Shown here piece by piece: positions 46,932 through 56,928 of a DNA stretch of 64,000 nt. The stretch is from Acidobacteriota bacterium (GTDB lineage: Bacteria; Acidobacteriota; Terriglobia; 20CM-2-55-15): the NCBI GenBank assembly GCA_022821145.1, contig JAJEEE010000084.1, positions 10,295 to 74,294 of the forward strand, read 5' to 3'. The notes beneath the pieces are model-generated. The model was not told where the DNA came from. It was given only the letters and a program-made list of their open reading frames with translations, and did not search any database. Within the stretch, counting starts at the first letter, position 1. Every line of letters begins with the position of its first letter. Made by a program: the position numbers and the translations under genes.

Positions 46932-47612
46932 ATGCGGCGCGCCGTGTGGATCCTGACCATCGCGGCCCTGACGGCCGGTTGTCACAGCCGGAGCCGTACC
47001 GGCGCCGCGTCTACCGTCTCCGAAGTCTCCCAAGAGTTTCTCGAGCCCCACGAGGGCGCCGTCGCCGTCGGCCGCGCATCGTATTACGGCGACCCGTATC
47101 ACGGACGGCCGACCGCCAACGGCGAGACGTACGACAAGAACAAGATCTCCGCCGCCCACCGGACGCTCCCTTTCGACACCTGGGTCCGCGTGGAGAACCA
47201 GATCAACGGCCGCTCGGTCGACGTGCGGATCAACGACCGGGGCCCCTTCGTCGCCGGACGCATCATCGACCTGTCGGAGGCGGCGGCGCGCCGCATCGAC
47301 ATGATCCGGACCGGCGTGGCGCCCGTCACGCTGACGGTCGTCCGCGAATCCCCGAACCCGTCCACGGCCCGGCCGGAGCTGCACGTGTTCTACGCCGTGC
47401 AACTCGGCGCGTTCGGCCAGGAGGCGCCCGCCCAGGACCTGCGCCGGCGCATGGAGCGGAAGTACACGGGCGTCTACGTCGACCGCCCCACGGATGACTC
47501 GCCGTTCTACAAGGTTCGCATCGGACGCGCCCTGCTGAGCGAAGCCCGTTACTTGCAGAACCTCGTGAGGGACGAGGACGGCATCGATGCCATCGTGGTT
47601 CAGATGAACTGA
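46932..47612 (+). CDS. rlpA: Septal-ring lytic transglycosylase RlpA-family lipoprotein (DPBB + SPOR domains)
   Basis: Lipobox LTAGC. GRASYYGDPYHGRPTANGETYD...HRTLPFDTWVRVEN...GRSVDVRINDRGPF is the RlpA DPBB signature. C-terminal SPOR-like (FYAVQLGAFGQEAPAQ...YKVRIG). Confidence 0.8.
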   Translation: MRRAVWILTIAALTAGCHSRSRTGAASTVSEVSQEFLEPHEGAVAVGRASYYGDPYHGRPTANGETYDKNKISAAHRTLPFDTWVRVENQINGRSVDVRINDRGPFVAGRIIDLSEAAARRIDMIRTGVAPVTLTVVRESPNPSTARPELHVFYAVQLGAFGQEAPAQDLRRRMERKYTGVYVDRPTDDSPFYKVRIGRALLSEARYLQNLVRDEDGIDAIVVQMN

Positions 47613-47690
47613 ACCGGATCGTCGTTCGAGTGAATCGAACGGAGTCGTCGTTCGAGTGAATCGAACGGGATCGTCGTTCAGATGAAGCCG
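47585..47690. repeat. About 26-bp tandem repeat (about 3.5 units) duplicating the 3' end of rlpA into the intergenic region
   Basis: CATCGTGGTTCAGATGAACTGAACCGG / ATCGTCGTTCGAGTGAATCGAACGGAG / TCGTCGTTCGAGTGAATCGAACGGGAT / CGTCGTTCAGATGAAG. Confidence 0.5.
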
Positions 47691-47700
47691 TAGCCGCGGG

Positions 47701-48630
47701 CTATACGGCCACCCGCGCCGCGACTCTCACCTTCGAGCCCTGCCGGACGCCGCGCGCTTCCATGCGTTCGCGGATGCGTTCGAGGATTCGGTTCCGGTCC
47801 AGCCCCCAGTCCGGGCCGAGCAGGAGCCCGGGCGGCGCCTCGCCGAACAGGCGCTCGATCACGATGGACGGATCCAGGCGCTCGACGAAATCGCACACCA
47901 GGTCGAGGTATTCCTCGAACGTCATCAGCCGGAACGGCCGCGCGAGGTGCTCGGCGCCCAGCGCCGTGCCCCGTACGACGTGGAGGTGATGGATCTTCAG
48001 CATGTCCACCTCGACGCGCGACATCTCGTCGGCCATCGCCAGCCACTGGGCGCGCGTCTCCCAGGGGAACCCGAGCACCAGGTGCGCTCCGACCATGAAG
48101 GCGCGGCCGCGGCACATCTCCCGCGCCCGGAGGAACGCCGCGTAGTCGTGGCCGCGGTTGACGCGCCGCAGCGTGTCGTCGTGGATCGACTCCACGCCGA
48201 ACTCCAGCGTCACCGTCGTGTGGCGGGCGAACGCGTCGATCATGTCGATCTTCCCGGCGTCCACGCAGTCCGGGCGCGTGCCGATGGCGAGGCCGACGAC
48301 ATCGGGATGGTCCAGCGCCTCGGAATAGAGCCGTTCCAGGCGCTCCGTCTCGGCGTAGGTGTTGGTGAACGGCTGGAAGTACACGATGAACTTGCCCGCT
48401 TCCACGCGTTTGCGGAGATAGCGGATGCCCCGATCGACCTGGTCGCGGATCGGGTCGGTCCGGATGGCGTGCGGCGGGCGGAAGGAGCTGTTGTTGCAGT
48501 AGGCGCAGCCGCCGGCCGCCACCGTGCCGTCGCGGTTGGGGCAGGTGAACCCGGCGTCGACGACCACCTTGTGGACCCGCCGGCCGAAACGCTTCCGCAG
48601 CCACGCGTTGTAGGTGCGGTAGCGCTCCAT
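47701..48630 (-). CDS. Radical SAM protein, TIGR01212 (YhcC-like) family
   Basis: CxxxCxxC-type cluster motif FTCPNRDG...GGCAYC. Family-typical VYFQPFTNTYA. Start refined to MERYRTYNAW. Confidence 0.8.
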   Translation of the reverse strand: MERYRTYNAWLRKRFGRRVHKVVVDAGFTCPNRDGTVAAGGCAYCNNSSFRPPHAIRTDPIRDQVDRGIRYLRKRVEAGKFIVYFQPFTNTYAETERLERLYSEALDHPDVVGLAIGTRPDCVDAGKIDMIDAFARHTTVTLEFGVESIHDDTLRRVNRGHDYAAFLRAREMCRGRAFMVGAHLVLGFPWETRAQWLAMADEMSRVEVDMLKIHHLHVVRGTALGAEHLARPFRLMTFEEYLDLVCDFVERLDPSIVIERLFGEAPPGLLLGPDWGLDRNRILERIRERMEARGVRQGSKVRVAARVAV

Positions 48631-48638
48631 CGGTTCTG

Positions 48639-49418
48639 CTAGTTCTTCCAGCGGAACGGGTCGTCCGGGTCGCGGTCGCGCTCGGCCTGCTTGCGGTTGT
48701 AGTAGACCTCGAACTTCCGGCGCAGCCGCTGCCGCCGCCATTCTTCATAGCGGTCCTTCAGGCCGGCGCTGAACCGGAGCTTGCGCCCCCCTCCCGCGCG
48801 CAGGTAGAGATACCCGAACAGCGCGCCGCCGAGATGCGCCACGTGGGCGACCCCGCCCCCGGCGGACCGGAACGACATGAGGAACGCGATGCCGATCAGG
48901 ATGAGCGCCAGGTTCAGGGCCCGGACGGGCAGGATGCCCCACACCAGGATGATGCGCGTGGGGAACGTCAGGCCGTACGCGAGCAGAATGCCGTAGATGG
49001 CGCCCGACGCCCCGATGGTGATCACCGGCGAGCTCCATGAAGTCAGGACGGTCAGGACGCCCGCGCCGACGCCGCAGACGAAGAAGAAGCGGTAGAACTC
49101 GGAACGGCCCCAGGCGTATTCCAGCTCGCGTCCGAACATCCACAGCATGAACATGTTGAACAGGATGTGGATGAAGTCCGCGTGCAGGAAGATGTAGGTC
49201 GCCAACTGCCACAGGAACAGCCGCCCGGTGACGTCGGCCGGCCGGAGCCCGAAGCTCGCGGTGAGCATGCCCCCGCTGGCGAACCCGTCCAGGAGCTGCA
49301 GCGCGAAGACGGCGACGTTCGCGATGAGGAGCGTCTTGACCGCGCCGCCGAAGCCGCCGCCGTCGGCGCCGATGTAGGAGTAGGCGGGCCGTCCCCCGCC
49401 GGCGAAGTGGCGGGACAC
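48639..49418 (-). CDS. Rhomboid-family intramembrane serine protease
   Basis: Catalytic Ser motif IGASGAIYG and His motif AHLGGALFGY. Six or more TM helices. Confidence 0.85.
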   Translation of the reverse strand: MSRHFAGGGRPAYSYIGADGGGFGGAVKTLLIANVAVFALQLLDGFASGGMLTASFGLRPADVTGRLFLWQLATYIFLHADFIHILFNMFMLWMFGRELEYAWGRSEFYRFFFVCGVGAGVLTVLTSWSSPVITIGASGAIYGILLAYGLTFPTRIILVWGILPVRALNLALILIGIAFLMSFRSAGGGVAHVAHLGGALFGYLYLRAGGGRKLRFSAGLKDRYEEWRRQRLRRKFEVYYNRKQAERDRDPDDPFRWKN

Positions 49419-49419
49419 G

Positions 49420-49584
49420 CTACCTGCTCCCGGGTCCGAGCATCCGGCCGGCGTAGAACACGCCCACCCCGGCCGCGGCGGTGTACATCATCGGCCCCAT
49501 CTCCCCGAAGTAGATCAGGAGGGATTCCCCGACCAGCACCAGCCCGAGTAGTTGCAGACCCCTGGATGCGTATTGGCGTATCAT
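49420..49584 (-). CDS. Possible small 2-TM membrane protein upstream of the rhomboid gene
   Basis: MIRQYASRGLQLLGLVLVGESLLIYFGEMGPMMYTAAAGVGVFYAGRML. Only ORF logic and position support it. Confidence 0.3.
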   Translation of the reverse strand: MIRQYASRGLQLLGLVLVGESLLIYFGEMGPMMYTAAAGVGVFYAGRMLGPGSR

Positions 49585-49659
49585 GCTGCCTGCGTCCGAC
49601 CCTGATTCTAGCAGCTTTCGCATGCACGGGCCGTGGGGCCGGACGCGCCCGGTGGCCGC

Positions 49660-50247
49660 ATGGATTCCCCGACGATGATCGCCCTCCAGCTTGCCGTCAG
49701 CTTCCTGATCGGCGCCATTCCGTTCGCCGTCGTCGCGATGTGGGGGACGGGCAAGGACATCACGCGCGAGGGGTCGCGCAACCCGGGCTTCAACAACGTC
49801 TGGCGGGTGACCAACTTCCGCCGCAGCATGGTTTCGCTCGTCGGCGACGTGTCGAAGGGCGGCGTGGCCGTGTACATCCTGTCCGCGCCCGGCGACCCGG
49901 AGTGGCTCCGGTGGGCGCTGGGCCTGGCCGCGGTGGCCGGCCACTGCTGGACGCCGTTCCTGCGCTTCAACGGCGGCAAGGGCGTGGCGACGATGGCCGG
50001 GGCCCTGCTCTACCTGGAACCGCTGATCACGGCGCCCTGCCTCGTGCTCTACCCGACGCTGCGCAAGTTCGGCCGCGGGATGGGCTGGGTCCAGGAGGGC
50101 GCCATCTCGTCGATGACGACTATGACCCTCATCGCCGCCGTAGTTACCGCAGTGCGGGGCGGGGAACCGGGCGCGCTGGCCTTCGCGGGATGGGCCATGA
50201 TCGTCCTGCGCCACATCCCGAACATACGCGAGATTCTCGGGCGGTAG
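49660..50247 (+). CDS. plsY: Glycerol-3-phosphate acyltransferase PlsY (acyl-phosphate dependent)
   Basis: GSRNPGFNNVWRV matches the PlsY GSGNxGxTN motif. The AGHCWTPFLRFNGGKGVATMAG motif and 5-TM topology also fit. Confidence 0.8.
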   Translation: MDSPTMIALQLAVSFLIGAIPFAVVAMWGTGKDITREGSRNPGFNNVWRVTNFRRSMVSLVGDVSKGGVAVYILSAPGDPEWLRWALGLAAVAGHCWTPFLRFNGGKGVATMAGALLYLEPLITAPCLVLYPTLRKFGRGMGWVQEGAISSMTTMTLIAAVVTAVRGGEPGALAFAGWAMIVLRHIPNIREILGR

Positions 50248-50268
50248 CCGCCGAGCCGCCTCGGCCGG

Positions 50269-51867
50269 CTACGGCGGGCCGGACGGAGTCTCCGCCGCCG
50301 CGGTCTTCGCCTGCTTGATGAACATGGGCCGGATCCACTTCTCGATGCCCTTGGTGTGGATGTTGACCCAGTAGTCGGCCCAATCGATCTCTTCCGGATC
50401 CCACGACAGGCGCTCGCGATCGCCTTCGGCCAGCATCTCGTAGGCCTCGCGGATGTTGCCGGTTTCGAAGATGAAGCTGTTGTGGATCATGAACGGCAGA
50501 AACATGTCCAGCGTCTGCTCCTGCTGCCGGATCTGCCGCCGCGTGATCCGCAGGTTCCGCAGGTACGGCTCCATCGTCTTCTTGCCCAGGATCACCTTCA
50601 GGAAGTTGAACGTGGCCTGCAGCAGGTCCAGGCCCCACCGCAGCCGTTGGCGCCGGGCTTCCATCTGTTCCACGGTGACGACCTGCGTCTCGACGTACGC
50701 CTTCCACATGTTGGCGAGCTTGTTGCCGTCCTTGCGGTGCTTGTGCCGATACCTGGAGTTCATGCCCAGGAACCCCACCAGGCGCGGGAGCATGACAGGG
50801 TTTTCGGCCGCGGTGGCCAGGTGGTAGACGGGCCGGTTCCGGCCGGCCAGCGTCGCGGCGGCGACGATCAGGACGCCCGTGGCGATCAGGTCGACGGGAA
50901 TGATCTCCAACGGTCCGTCCTTGCGCACCGGCCACGCCTTGACCCCTTCGCCGCCCATCAGCACGAGCGGCGCCGAGGTCGTCATGCCCTCGTTCCAACC
51001 GCGGAACGGAAACGCGCGCGCCGTTTCGACGATGGCGGGGCGGACGATCGCGAAGTCCAGGCCGGGCGTTCGCGCGATGAGTTGCTCGCCCATGCTCTTG
51101 GTGTACGTGTACGTGTTCGTCCAGCCCCAGTGGTCGGCGCGCTCGATGCCGCCCTGCCTCCGCCGTTCCCGGTCGGAGTCGGCCGCGACGAACGCCTCGC
51201 ACCACCGGATTTCCTCCTCGACGTCGAAGCGCGCGTCGCCGGCGTCGGCGCGCTTCGGGTAGTAGCCGGCGATGTCGGGGTCTTCCGGCACGCGGCCGCT
51301 CTTCTTGCCGGCCACGAAAGCCGTCGAGATATGGACGAGCCGCGCCTGGAGCACGCGCGTCAGCTCGATCAGGTTCCGGACGCCGTAGACGTTGGTCTCC
51401 AGCGATTCGTCCAGCGGCGGGGTGAACTCGACCAGCCCGGCCGTGTTGATCACCAGGTCCACGTTGCCGGCCAGCCGGGACAGCGCCTCGGCCGCGATGC
51501 CGCACATGGGGCTGGTCAGGTCGCCTTCCACGATCGTCGTCCGCCGGAGGATCGCATCCGTGCCCAGGCGCTCGACGACGCCCGCCAGCGGCGGCGAGGC
51601 CAGTATCTCGGACCAGAAGCGGTCCGGACCCGGGAGGTTCTTCTTCGGGCGGACCTGCACAACGAGTTTCTCGATCTCCGGAAGCCGATCCAGGACCATC
51701 GCCAGGAGCACCTTGCCCAGGAACCCCGTTCCGCCGAGCAGCAGGATGGTGCGCCCGGCGAACGCGTCGACGGCGCAGACGAGCCCCGCGCCCCGGGCGC
51801 GCCGGGGTGCGTCCTCGCGGTACTCGCCCGTCACCGGGTCGAACCGCCAGTTCTCGGGCGCGATCAT
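50269..51867 (-). CDS. Fatty acyl-CoA reductase (NAD_binding_4 / male-sterility domain, alcohol-forming FAR-like)
   Basis: ILLLGGTGFLGKVLLAMVL Rossmann fold, YTYTKSMGEQL catalytic YxxxK, C-terminal FAR-like region. The ATGA start overlaps the stop of the upstream SGNH hydrolase. Confidence 0.8.
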   Translation of the reverse strand: MIAPENWRFDPVTGEYREDAPRRARGAGLVCAVDAFAGRTILLLGGTGFLGKVLLAMVLDRLPEIEKLVVQVRPKKNLPGPDRFWSEILASPPLAGVVERLGTDAILRRTTIVEGDLTSPMCGIAAEALSRLAGNVDLVINTAGLVEFTPPLDESLETNVYGVRNLIELTRVLQARLVHISTAFVAGKKSGRVPEDPDIAGYYPKRADAGDARFDVEEEIRWCEAFVAADSDRERRRQGGIERADHWGWTNTYTYTKSMGEQLIARTPGLDFAIVRPAIVETARAFPFRGWNEGMTTSAPLVLMGGEGVKAWPVRKDGPLEIIPVDLIATGVLIVAAATLAGRNRPVYHLATAAENPVMLPRLVGFLGMNSRYRHKHRKDGNKLANMWKAYVETQVVTVEQMEARRQRLRWGLDLLQATFNFLKVILGKKTMEPYLRNLRITRRQIRQQEQTLDMFLPFMIHNSFIFETGNIREAYEMLAEGDRERLSWDPEEIDWADYWVNIHTKGIEKWIRPMFIKQAKTAAAETPSGPP

Positions 51868-52586
51868 GGACCGGGCGCGTTCAGATAGCCTTCGATCGCG
51901 TTGAAGACGGTGTCGGCGACTATCGTGTATCCCTCGGCCGTGGGGTGCGTGCCGTCGGGCTGCATGTAGCGGAGCGAGTCTTCCAGCGTCGCCTCGCCGG
52001 CATCGAGAGCCTCCAGGTCGACCAGGCCCTCGAGGAAGAACGGGATCCGATCGACGTCGTGCCGCTCCTCCAGCTCGATGTACATGTTCTCGAACGCGGC
52101 GATGTAGTCGGGCCCGTAGTTGCGCGGCAGCGTGAGGCCGGCCAGGATGACGCGGCTGTCGATCGCCTGGAAGGCCTCGATCATTACGGCCAGGTTGTCG
52201 CGCGCCGCGTCGAGCGAACGTCCCTGCAGGCCGTCGTTGCCGCCGAACTCCAGGATCACGATCGCCGGCTCGAGCGCCAGGGCGTCGGGCAGGCGCGCCA
52301 CTCCCTGCGCCGTGGTGTCGCCGTCGTTCCCGTGGTTCACCACCCGGTACCGGTATCCGAGCGCGTCCAGGCGGTCCTGAAGCTGGGAGGGATAGGACAT
52401 CGCGTCCTCGACTTCGTACCCGTTCGTCAGGCTGTCGCCGAACGCCAGTATGACGGGCAGGCCGGTGTCCAGCGCGGTGGGCGCGGATGCCGGGGATTCG
52501 GGCGCAACAGTTTCGGGCGCCGTGCTGCACGACATGGCGCCCAACAGGGCCGGGACGAGAGCGAGCGTGTGGAATCGGGCGCGCAT
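51864..52586 (-). CDS. SGNH/GDSL hydrolase (TesA/arylesterase-like), secreted
   Basis: GDSLTNGY block I, GGNDG block III, DGTHPT block V with catalytic His. Signal peptide. Confidence 0.8.
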   Translation of the reverse strand: MRARFHTLALVPALLGAMSCSTAPETVAPESPASAPTALDTGLPVILAFGDSLTNGYEVEDAMSYPSQLQDRLDALGYRYRVVNHGNDGDTTAQGVARLPDALALEPAIVILEFGGNDGLQGRSLDAARDNLAVMIEAFQAIDSRVILAGLTLPRNYGPDYIAAFENMYIELEERHDVDRIPFFLEGLVDLEALDAGEATLEDSLRYMQPDGTHPTAEGYTIVADTVFNAIEGYLNAPGP

Positions 52587-52653
52587 GCCCGATAGTGTAT
52601 CCGAGGCTTCGGGCCCGGTCCATGGCGCGCGGCCGCGCGCCGGGGACGTCCGG

Positions 52654-53778
52654 CTACCAGCTGACGCGCAGGCCGGCCGTGGCGCCGACGCCGTTGTACG
52701 CGCCGCCGTCGTTGGCCGCGTCGTCCATGTCGCCGAACGTGAGGCCGGACTGGAACTTCAGCTTGTGGCCGTAGAAGTAGTAGTTGGCGCCCAGGTACAG
52801 CTCGTTGTACCGGTCGCCGCGGCCGGCGACGGCGCTCCTCTCGTACCGCGCCAGCCGGACGCCGTTGGCTTCCTCGCTCGCGAGGTAGGTGTGGCGGCCC
52901 ACGATCTGGAACTTCTCCGTGACGTTGACGAAAGGCATCGTCATCAGGCCCCAGAGGTCGCTCTGTCCCTGGTAGCCCACGCCCCTCGACACGTCTTCGC
53001 GGATGCCCCAGCGGCCCGCGTCGAAGTTGAAGTTGATCGACGTGACGTGCCGGAGTTGCCGCGTGAACGTGTTGTCCTCGTCGGGCGTCTGGTGGATGTA
53101 GTTGCCCCGGACGAGCGCCTGGTTCACGCCCAGATGCTCCCCGAAGTCGTAACCGAGCGACGCCAGCGTGAAGACGCTGCCGCTGAACCGGCCGAACTCG
53201 CGGTTCCTCGCCCCGCCCGAGAACGCGCCGACGTGGTACTGCCAGTTGGAGAACCCGCCTTCCAGGCTGACGCCGGGCATGTACTCGTCCGGAAACCACA
53301 TGTTGTTGGCCAGGTTGCTCCGGTCGATCGTGATCAGCTCCTTCGACGACGTGGAGCCGTCCATCGTGAAGGGGACGCCGTGCTTGCCGAAGGTGAGGGC
53401 CATGCCGTCGCCCGGCGCCCATTCCAGGTAGAAGTCCGTCAGCCGCCTGTAGAACGGATCCGCCTCCTGGGGATTGAACTCGGCCTCGGCATGGAACGTC
53501 CACTCCTCGAGAAACCGCGTCTTCACGCCCACTCGAAGGCGCCGGACGTTCCATTCGCTGTGTGTGCCCCGGTCCCCGTCGACCGTGGCGTATTCGTACT
53601 GGAACCGGCCGCTGAACTGGACGCTCTGGACGCCGCGGCTCGAGTCGTCGTCGTACCAGTTCACGAAGTTGTTCCAGACGGCGTCGTAGTCTTCAATCGA
53701 CTGCGGCGCCGCGGCGAGTCCCGGCGCCGCCGCGAGCGTTCCGATCAGGGCGAGATGAACAACCGGTTGCAGTTTCAC
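52654..53778 (-). CDS. Outer-membrane porin, phosphate-selective porin O/P-like
   Basis: GTG start with GGAGG RBS. Signal peptide ALIGTLAAAPGLAAAPQ. Beta-barrel pattern. C-terminal ...GLRVSW aromatic terminus. Confidence 0.6.
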   Translation of the reverse strand: MKLQPVVHLALIGTLAAAPGLAAAPQSIEDYDAVWNNFVNWYDDDSSRGVQSVQFSGRFQYEYATVDGDRGTHSEWNVRRLRVGVKTRFLEEWTFHAEAEFNPQEADPFYRRLTDFYLEWAPGDGMALTFGKHGVPFTMDGSTSSKELITIDRSNLANNMWFPDEYMPGVSLEGGFSNWQYHVGAFSGGARNREFGRFSGSVFTLASLGYDFGEHLGVNQALVRGNYIHQTPDEDNTFTRQLRHVTSINFNFDAGRWGIREDVSRGVGYQGQSDLWGLMTMPFVNVTEKFQIVGRHTYLASEEANGVRLARYERSAVAGRGDRYNELYLGANYYFYGHKLKFQSGLTFGDMDDAANDGGAYNGVGATAGLRVSW

Positions 53779-53958
53779 TGGATAGCCTCCGAGTTTGCCG
53801 TTCCCGGTCACCATAACCGGTATGTTGCGGCCGTGTAATAGCCGCGCTCCAGAGTTCACCAAGAGTTCACGCCGAGTTGAGCCGCCTGTCACGGAATGGC
53901 CGGGATCGAGCGATTCGGCCCGGCCGGGGGACCTGATCTGGACGGGGCGGATCCGGCG

Positions 53959-54750
53959 TCAGGACGATTGCTGGCCGCGGCGGCGGTTTATGAAACGCAC
54001 CAGCGGCGCGGTCAGGCCCGGCGGAAGCATCCGCGCGGCCAGGACGAAAACGCGGTTCACGACGCCGGGAACGACGATCGGACGTCCGCGGAGCGTGGCG
54101 GTGCAGGCGATCCGCGCGGCCGTCTCGGCGCTCATGCCGGCGTCGGGCCGTTTCTCGGCGATTCCGGCGCGGGATCGGAACGCCGTGCGCGTGACGCCCG
54201 GGCAGAAGCAGGTTACGGTCACGCCGGTCCCCGCCAGCTCGTTCCCGAGCGATTGCGAGAAGGACAGCAGGAACGCCTTGGAAGCGGCGTACACGGACTG
54301 GAGCGGCACGGGGGCGAAGGAATAGACCGACGCGACGTTCAGGATGCGGCCGCTGCCGCGGCGGATCATGCCCGGCAACAGCGTGCGCGTGAGCCGGAGC
54401 GCCGCGTGGACCTGCAGGTTGACCAGGCCGAGGTTGTCGTCGATCGGGCTCGACGCGAAGTCTCCGTGGATGCCGAAGCCCGCGTTGTTGACCAGCACCT
54501 CGTAGCGGCGACGTGCCGCGGCCAGGGCGCCGACGAGCGGGTCGACGCCCCCCGGCTCGGACAGATCCGCGGCGACGACGTGGGTGGCCGCCTTCAGACG
54601 GGCGCATTCGGCGGCGACCCCGTCCAGCGCGTTCCGGTCGCGTCCCGTCAGGACCACGTTGAATCCGCCGGCCGCGAACTCCAGGGCCAGGGCCCGGCCG
54701 ATCCCGGACGAGGCGCCCGTGATGACGGCCCACCGGGCGTCGTCGTCCAT
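53959..54750 (-). CDS. Short-chain dehydrogenase/reductase (SDR); candidate acyl/alkyl-DHAP reductase
   Basis: TGASSGIGRALA (TGxxxGxG), NNAG, YAASKAF (YxxxK). Start overlaps the stop of the upstream AGPS gene (TAATG). Confidence 0.8.
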   Translation of the reverse strand: MDDDARWAVITGASSGIGRALALEFAAGGFNVVLTGRDRNALDGVAAECARLKAATHVVAADLSEPGGVDPLVGALAAARRRYEVLVNNAGFGIHGDFASSPIDDNLGLVNLQVHAALRLTRTLLPGMIRRGSGRILNVASVYSFAPVPLQSVYAASKAFLLSFSQSLGNELAGTGVTVTCFCPGVTRTAFRSRAGIAEKRPDAGMSAETAARIACTATLRGRPIVVPGVVNRVFVLAARMLPPGLTAPLVRFINRRRGQQSS

Positions 54751-56576
54751 TACGCGCCGAGGTCCTGGTTGCCCGCGCCGAACAGGTTCGTGGGGTCGAG
54801 GGTCTTCTTCAGGCCGCGTTTCCATTCCAGCGCGGTCTCGGACATGATCCGGGGCAGGTAGGCGCGCCGCAGCTTCCCGACGCCGTGATGGTGCGACAGG
54901 GACCCGCCGGAGCGCAGGATCTCGTCGCGGGCCGTGTTCTCCAGCTCCAGGTACACCGCCTGGGGATTCGGGACGCCCTTGTAGTAGAAGCCGAAATAGA
55001 AGTAGATGCACACGCCGGTGCGGTAGATCTGCGTGACGCGGGCCGTGACGTAGGGCTGCCCGGGCAGGCCGCGCTTCGCGTACTCCTCCTTCAGACGGCG
55101 TTCCACGTTCCGGACCATCGGCATCGCGTCGCTCCAGGACACCGAGGTCTCGAACGATTCGGCGATGATGTAGTAGTTCATCAGGAAGTCGCGGATGTAG
55201 GCGATGCTGTAGGTGAGCTGATAGCCGCGCCGTCCGTTCTCGCTTCCGGCCTTCATGCCGCCGTGCCGTGCCGCGATCCGGTAGAGCGCGCGCTGCTGCC
55301 GGCGGACCTCGTCGCGCGAGCCCTCGAACACGAGCGTGCACAGCGTCATCCGGTCCGGCCGGAAGCCCTTCACCCGCGTGACGACGAAGCTCTGCGCCCG
55401 GCTCTTGAGCGCGGCCAGACCGCCCGCCGAGCGCGGTTTCAGCGCGTAGCCGAACTGGAACTGCATGTTGTCGACCAGGCGCACGCTCGCCGGGGGCGTG
55501 GCCTCGCGCGCCAGGTCGTACATGAACCGGAAACCGTCCTCGAAGGTAGGGAACAGGACCGATCCGTATTCCTGGGCCTCGGGCAGCGGAAAGATCTTCA
55601 CGACCGCGGACGTGACGATGCCCAGCGTGCCCTCGGAGCCGAACAGCAGCCGGCGCAGGTCGAGGCCGGTCGACTCGCGCGGCGACACGCCGGCGCGCTC
55701 CAGGCGGCCCGAGGCCGTCGCGACCTGGATGTCCAGCACCAGGTCCTCGATGTTGCCGTAGCGGTTCTTCTTCATGCCGCTCGCGTGGGTGGCGACCCAC
55801 CCGCCGAGCGTGGAGAACTCGACGCTGTCGGGCTCGTGCCCCATCGTCACGCCGTGCCGCGCCAGCTCGGCCATGATCCGGCGGCCCGGGGCGCCGGCCT
55901 GGATGGAGGCCATCATGTTCCGCGTGTCGATCCACAGGACGCGGTCCATCCGGCGCATGTCCACGGAGACGATCGCGCGTTTCTCGTCGGCCCGGCAGCG
56001 GAGCGCGTCGCTGACGTTGGTCCCGCCGCCGTACGGGATCAGCGACACGTCGTGCCGCTTCGCCGCTTCGATCAGGCGCGTGACCTGGTCGTCGGCTTCC
56101 GGGTATACGACCAGGTCCGGGATACGGCCGAGCTCCCCGTACTTGATGGCGTACATCTCTTCCTGCGTGTGGCCGTGGCCGTGCCGGAGCCGCACCTCGC
56201 CGGCGTCGTCGAGCTGCCCCGCCGCCAGGAAACCGGCGATCTCGGCCCGGAATTCCGGCGCGGGCCGCGCCTCGGGGATCCGCGTGGGATACCGCGGCGC
56301 GTTGACGTCGCCGGGGTCGAGGTCGATTCCCAGGACTTCCCGGACCCAGGGCAGGAAGCGCGGGAGCTCCTTGCCGCTCAGCTCGTAGCGGTCGCCGCGA
56401 ATCGTCACGTGGCCGTTCTCGTTGAAGTCGAAGCGCGTGTCCTTGAAGCCCCAGACGTCAAGGCTCTCGGCCTGGTCCGGTCCTTCGGGGGGCGTCGGGT
56501 CGGGAACGATGCGGGACGCGCCGGGATCGATCGCCGGATGCGCCTCCTGACGGGGCGATGTGTCCGCGAAGCTCAA
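54750..56576 (-). CDS. Alkyldihydroxyacetonephosphate synthase (AGPS)-like FAD-linked oxidase
   Basis: N-terminus WGFKDTRFDFNENGHVTIRGDRYELSGKELPRFLPW and RLRHGHGHTQEEMYAIKYGELGRIPDLVVYP parallel human AGPS (WGYNDSKF...GKRYPLSG, RAHGHCLHEIF...ERIPDIVLWP). FAD-binding PCMH domain. HHHGVGK motif. TTG start. Confidence 0.85.
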   Translation of the reverse strand: MSFADTSPRQEAHPAIDPGASRIVPDPTPPEGPDQAESLDVWGFKDTRFDFNENGHVTIRGDRYELSGKELPRFLPWVREVLGIDLDPGDVNAPRYPTRIPEARPAPEFRAEIAGFLAAGQLDDAGEVRLRHGHGHTQEEMYAIKYGELGRIPDLVVYPEADDQVTRLIEAAKRHDVSLIPYGGGTNVSDALRCRADEKRAIVSVDMRRMDRVLWIDTRNMMASIQAGAPGRRIMAELARHGVTMGHEPDSVEFSTLGGWVATHASGMKKNRYGNIEDLVLDIQVATASGRLERAGVSPRESTGLDLRRLLFGSEGTLGIVTSAVVKIFPLPEAQEYGSVLFPTFEDGFRFMYDLAREATPPASVRLVDNMQFQFGYALKPRSAGGLAALKSRAQSFVVTRVKGFRPDRMTLCTLVFEGSRDEVRRQQRALYRIAARHGGMKAGSENGRRGYQLTYSIAYIRDFLMNYYIIAESFETSVSWSDAMPMVRNVERRLKEEYAKRGLPGQPYVTARVTQIYRTGVCIYFYFGFYYKGVPNPQAVYLELENTARDEILRSGGSLSHHHGVGKLRRAYLPRIMSETALEWKRGLKKTLDPTNLFGAGNQDLGA

Positions 56577-56912
56577 ACGTGGATTCTAACCCCATTCAGC
56601 CTTGGGGTCCGAACCCGAATCGCCCGGCGCTGCTTCACGCTGGCAGCGGGTCGACGCGGTCTTTTCTTGGACTGACGCCTCGCTTCGCCATCATCTCACG
56701 GGACTGTCCCATTGTAGTTGCGGCGTTCCTCGCCGCGACTGGACAACGCGGCAATTGCCTTCGCAATTGCCGAGGCGGACGCCGCCGCGTCAGTCCAAGA
56801 CAACGATCGCTTCAGTTCAGTCCTCACGAACGCAGCCGGTGTCGGGCCGTTCCGTACCGGCGAAGCGTGGAATCACCCTGGCGAATCGCCGGATTCGGAC
56901 CGCGTCCACGTC

Positions 56913-56918
56913 TATAAT
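56913..56918 (+). promoter_or_regulatory. TATAAT -10 box 10 bp upstream of the HAD gene ATG (near-leaderless)
   Basis: CACGTCTATAATGGGGTTGCCCATG. No convincing -35 element. Confidence 0.3.
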
Positions 56919-56928
56919 GGGGTTGCCC

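Noticed and set aside
52427-53554. 375-aa minus ORF
   Set aside because: It is an alternative frame of the porin gene.
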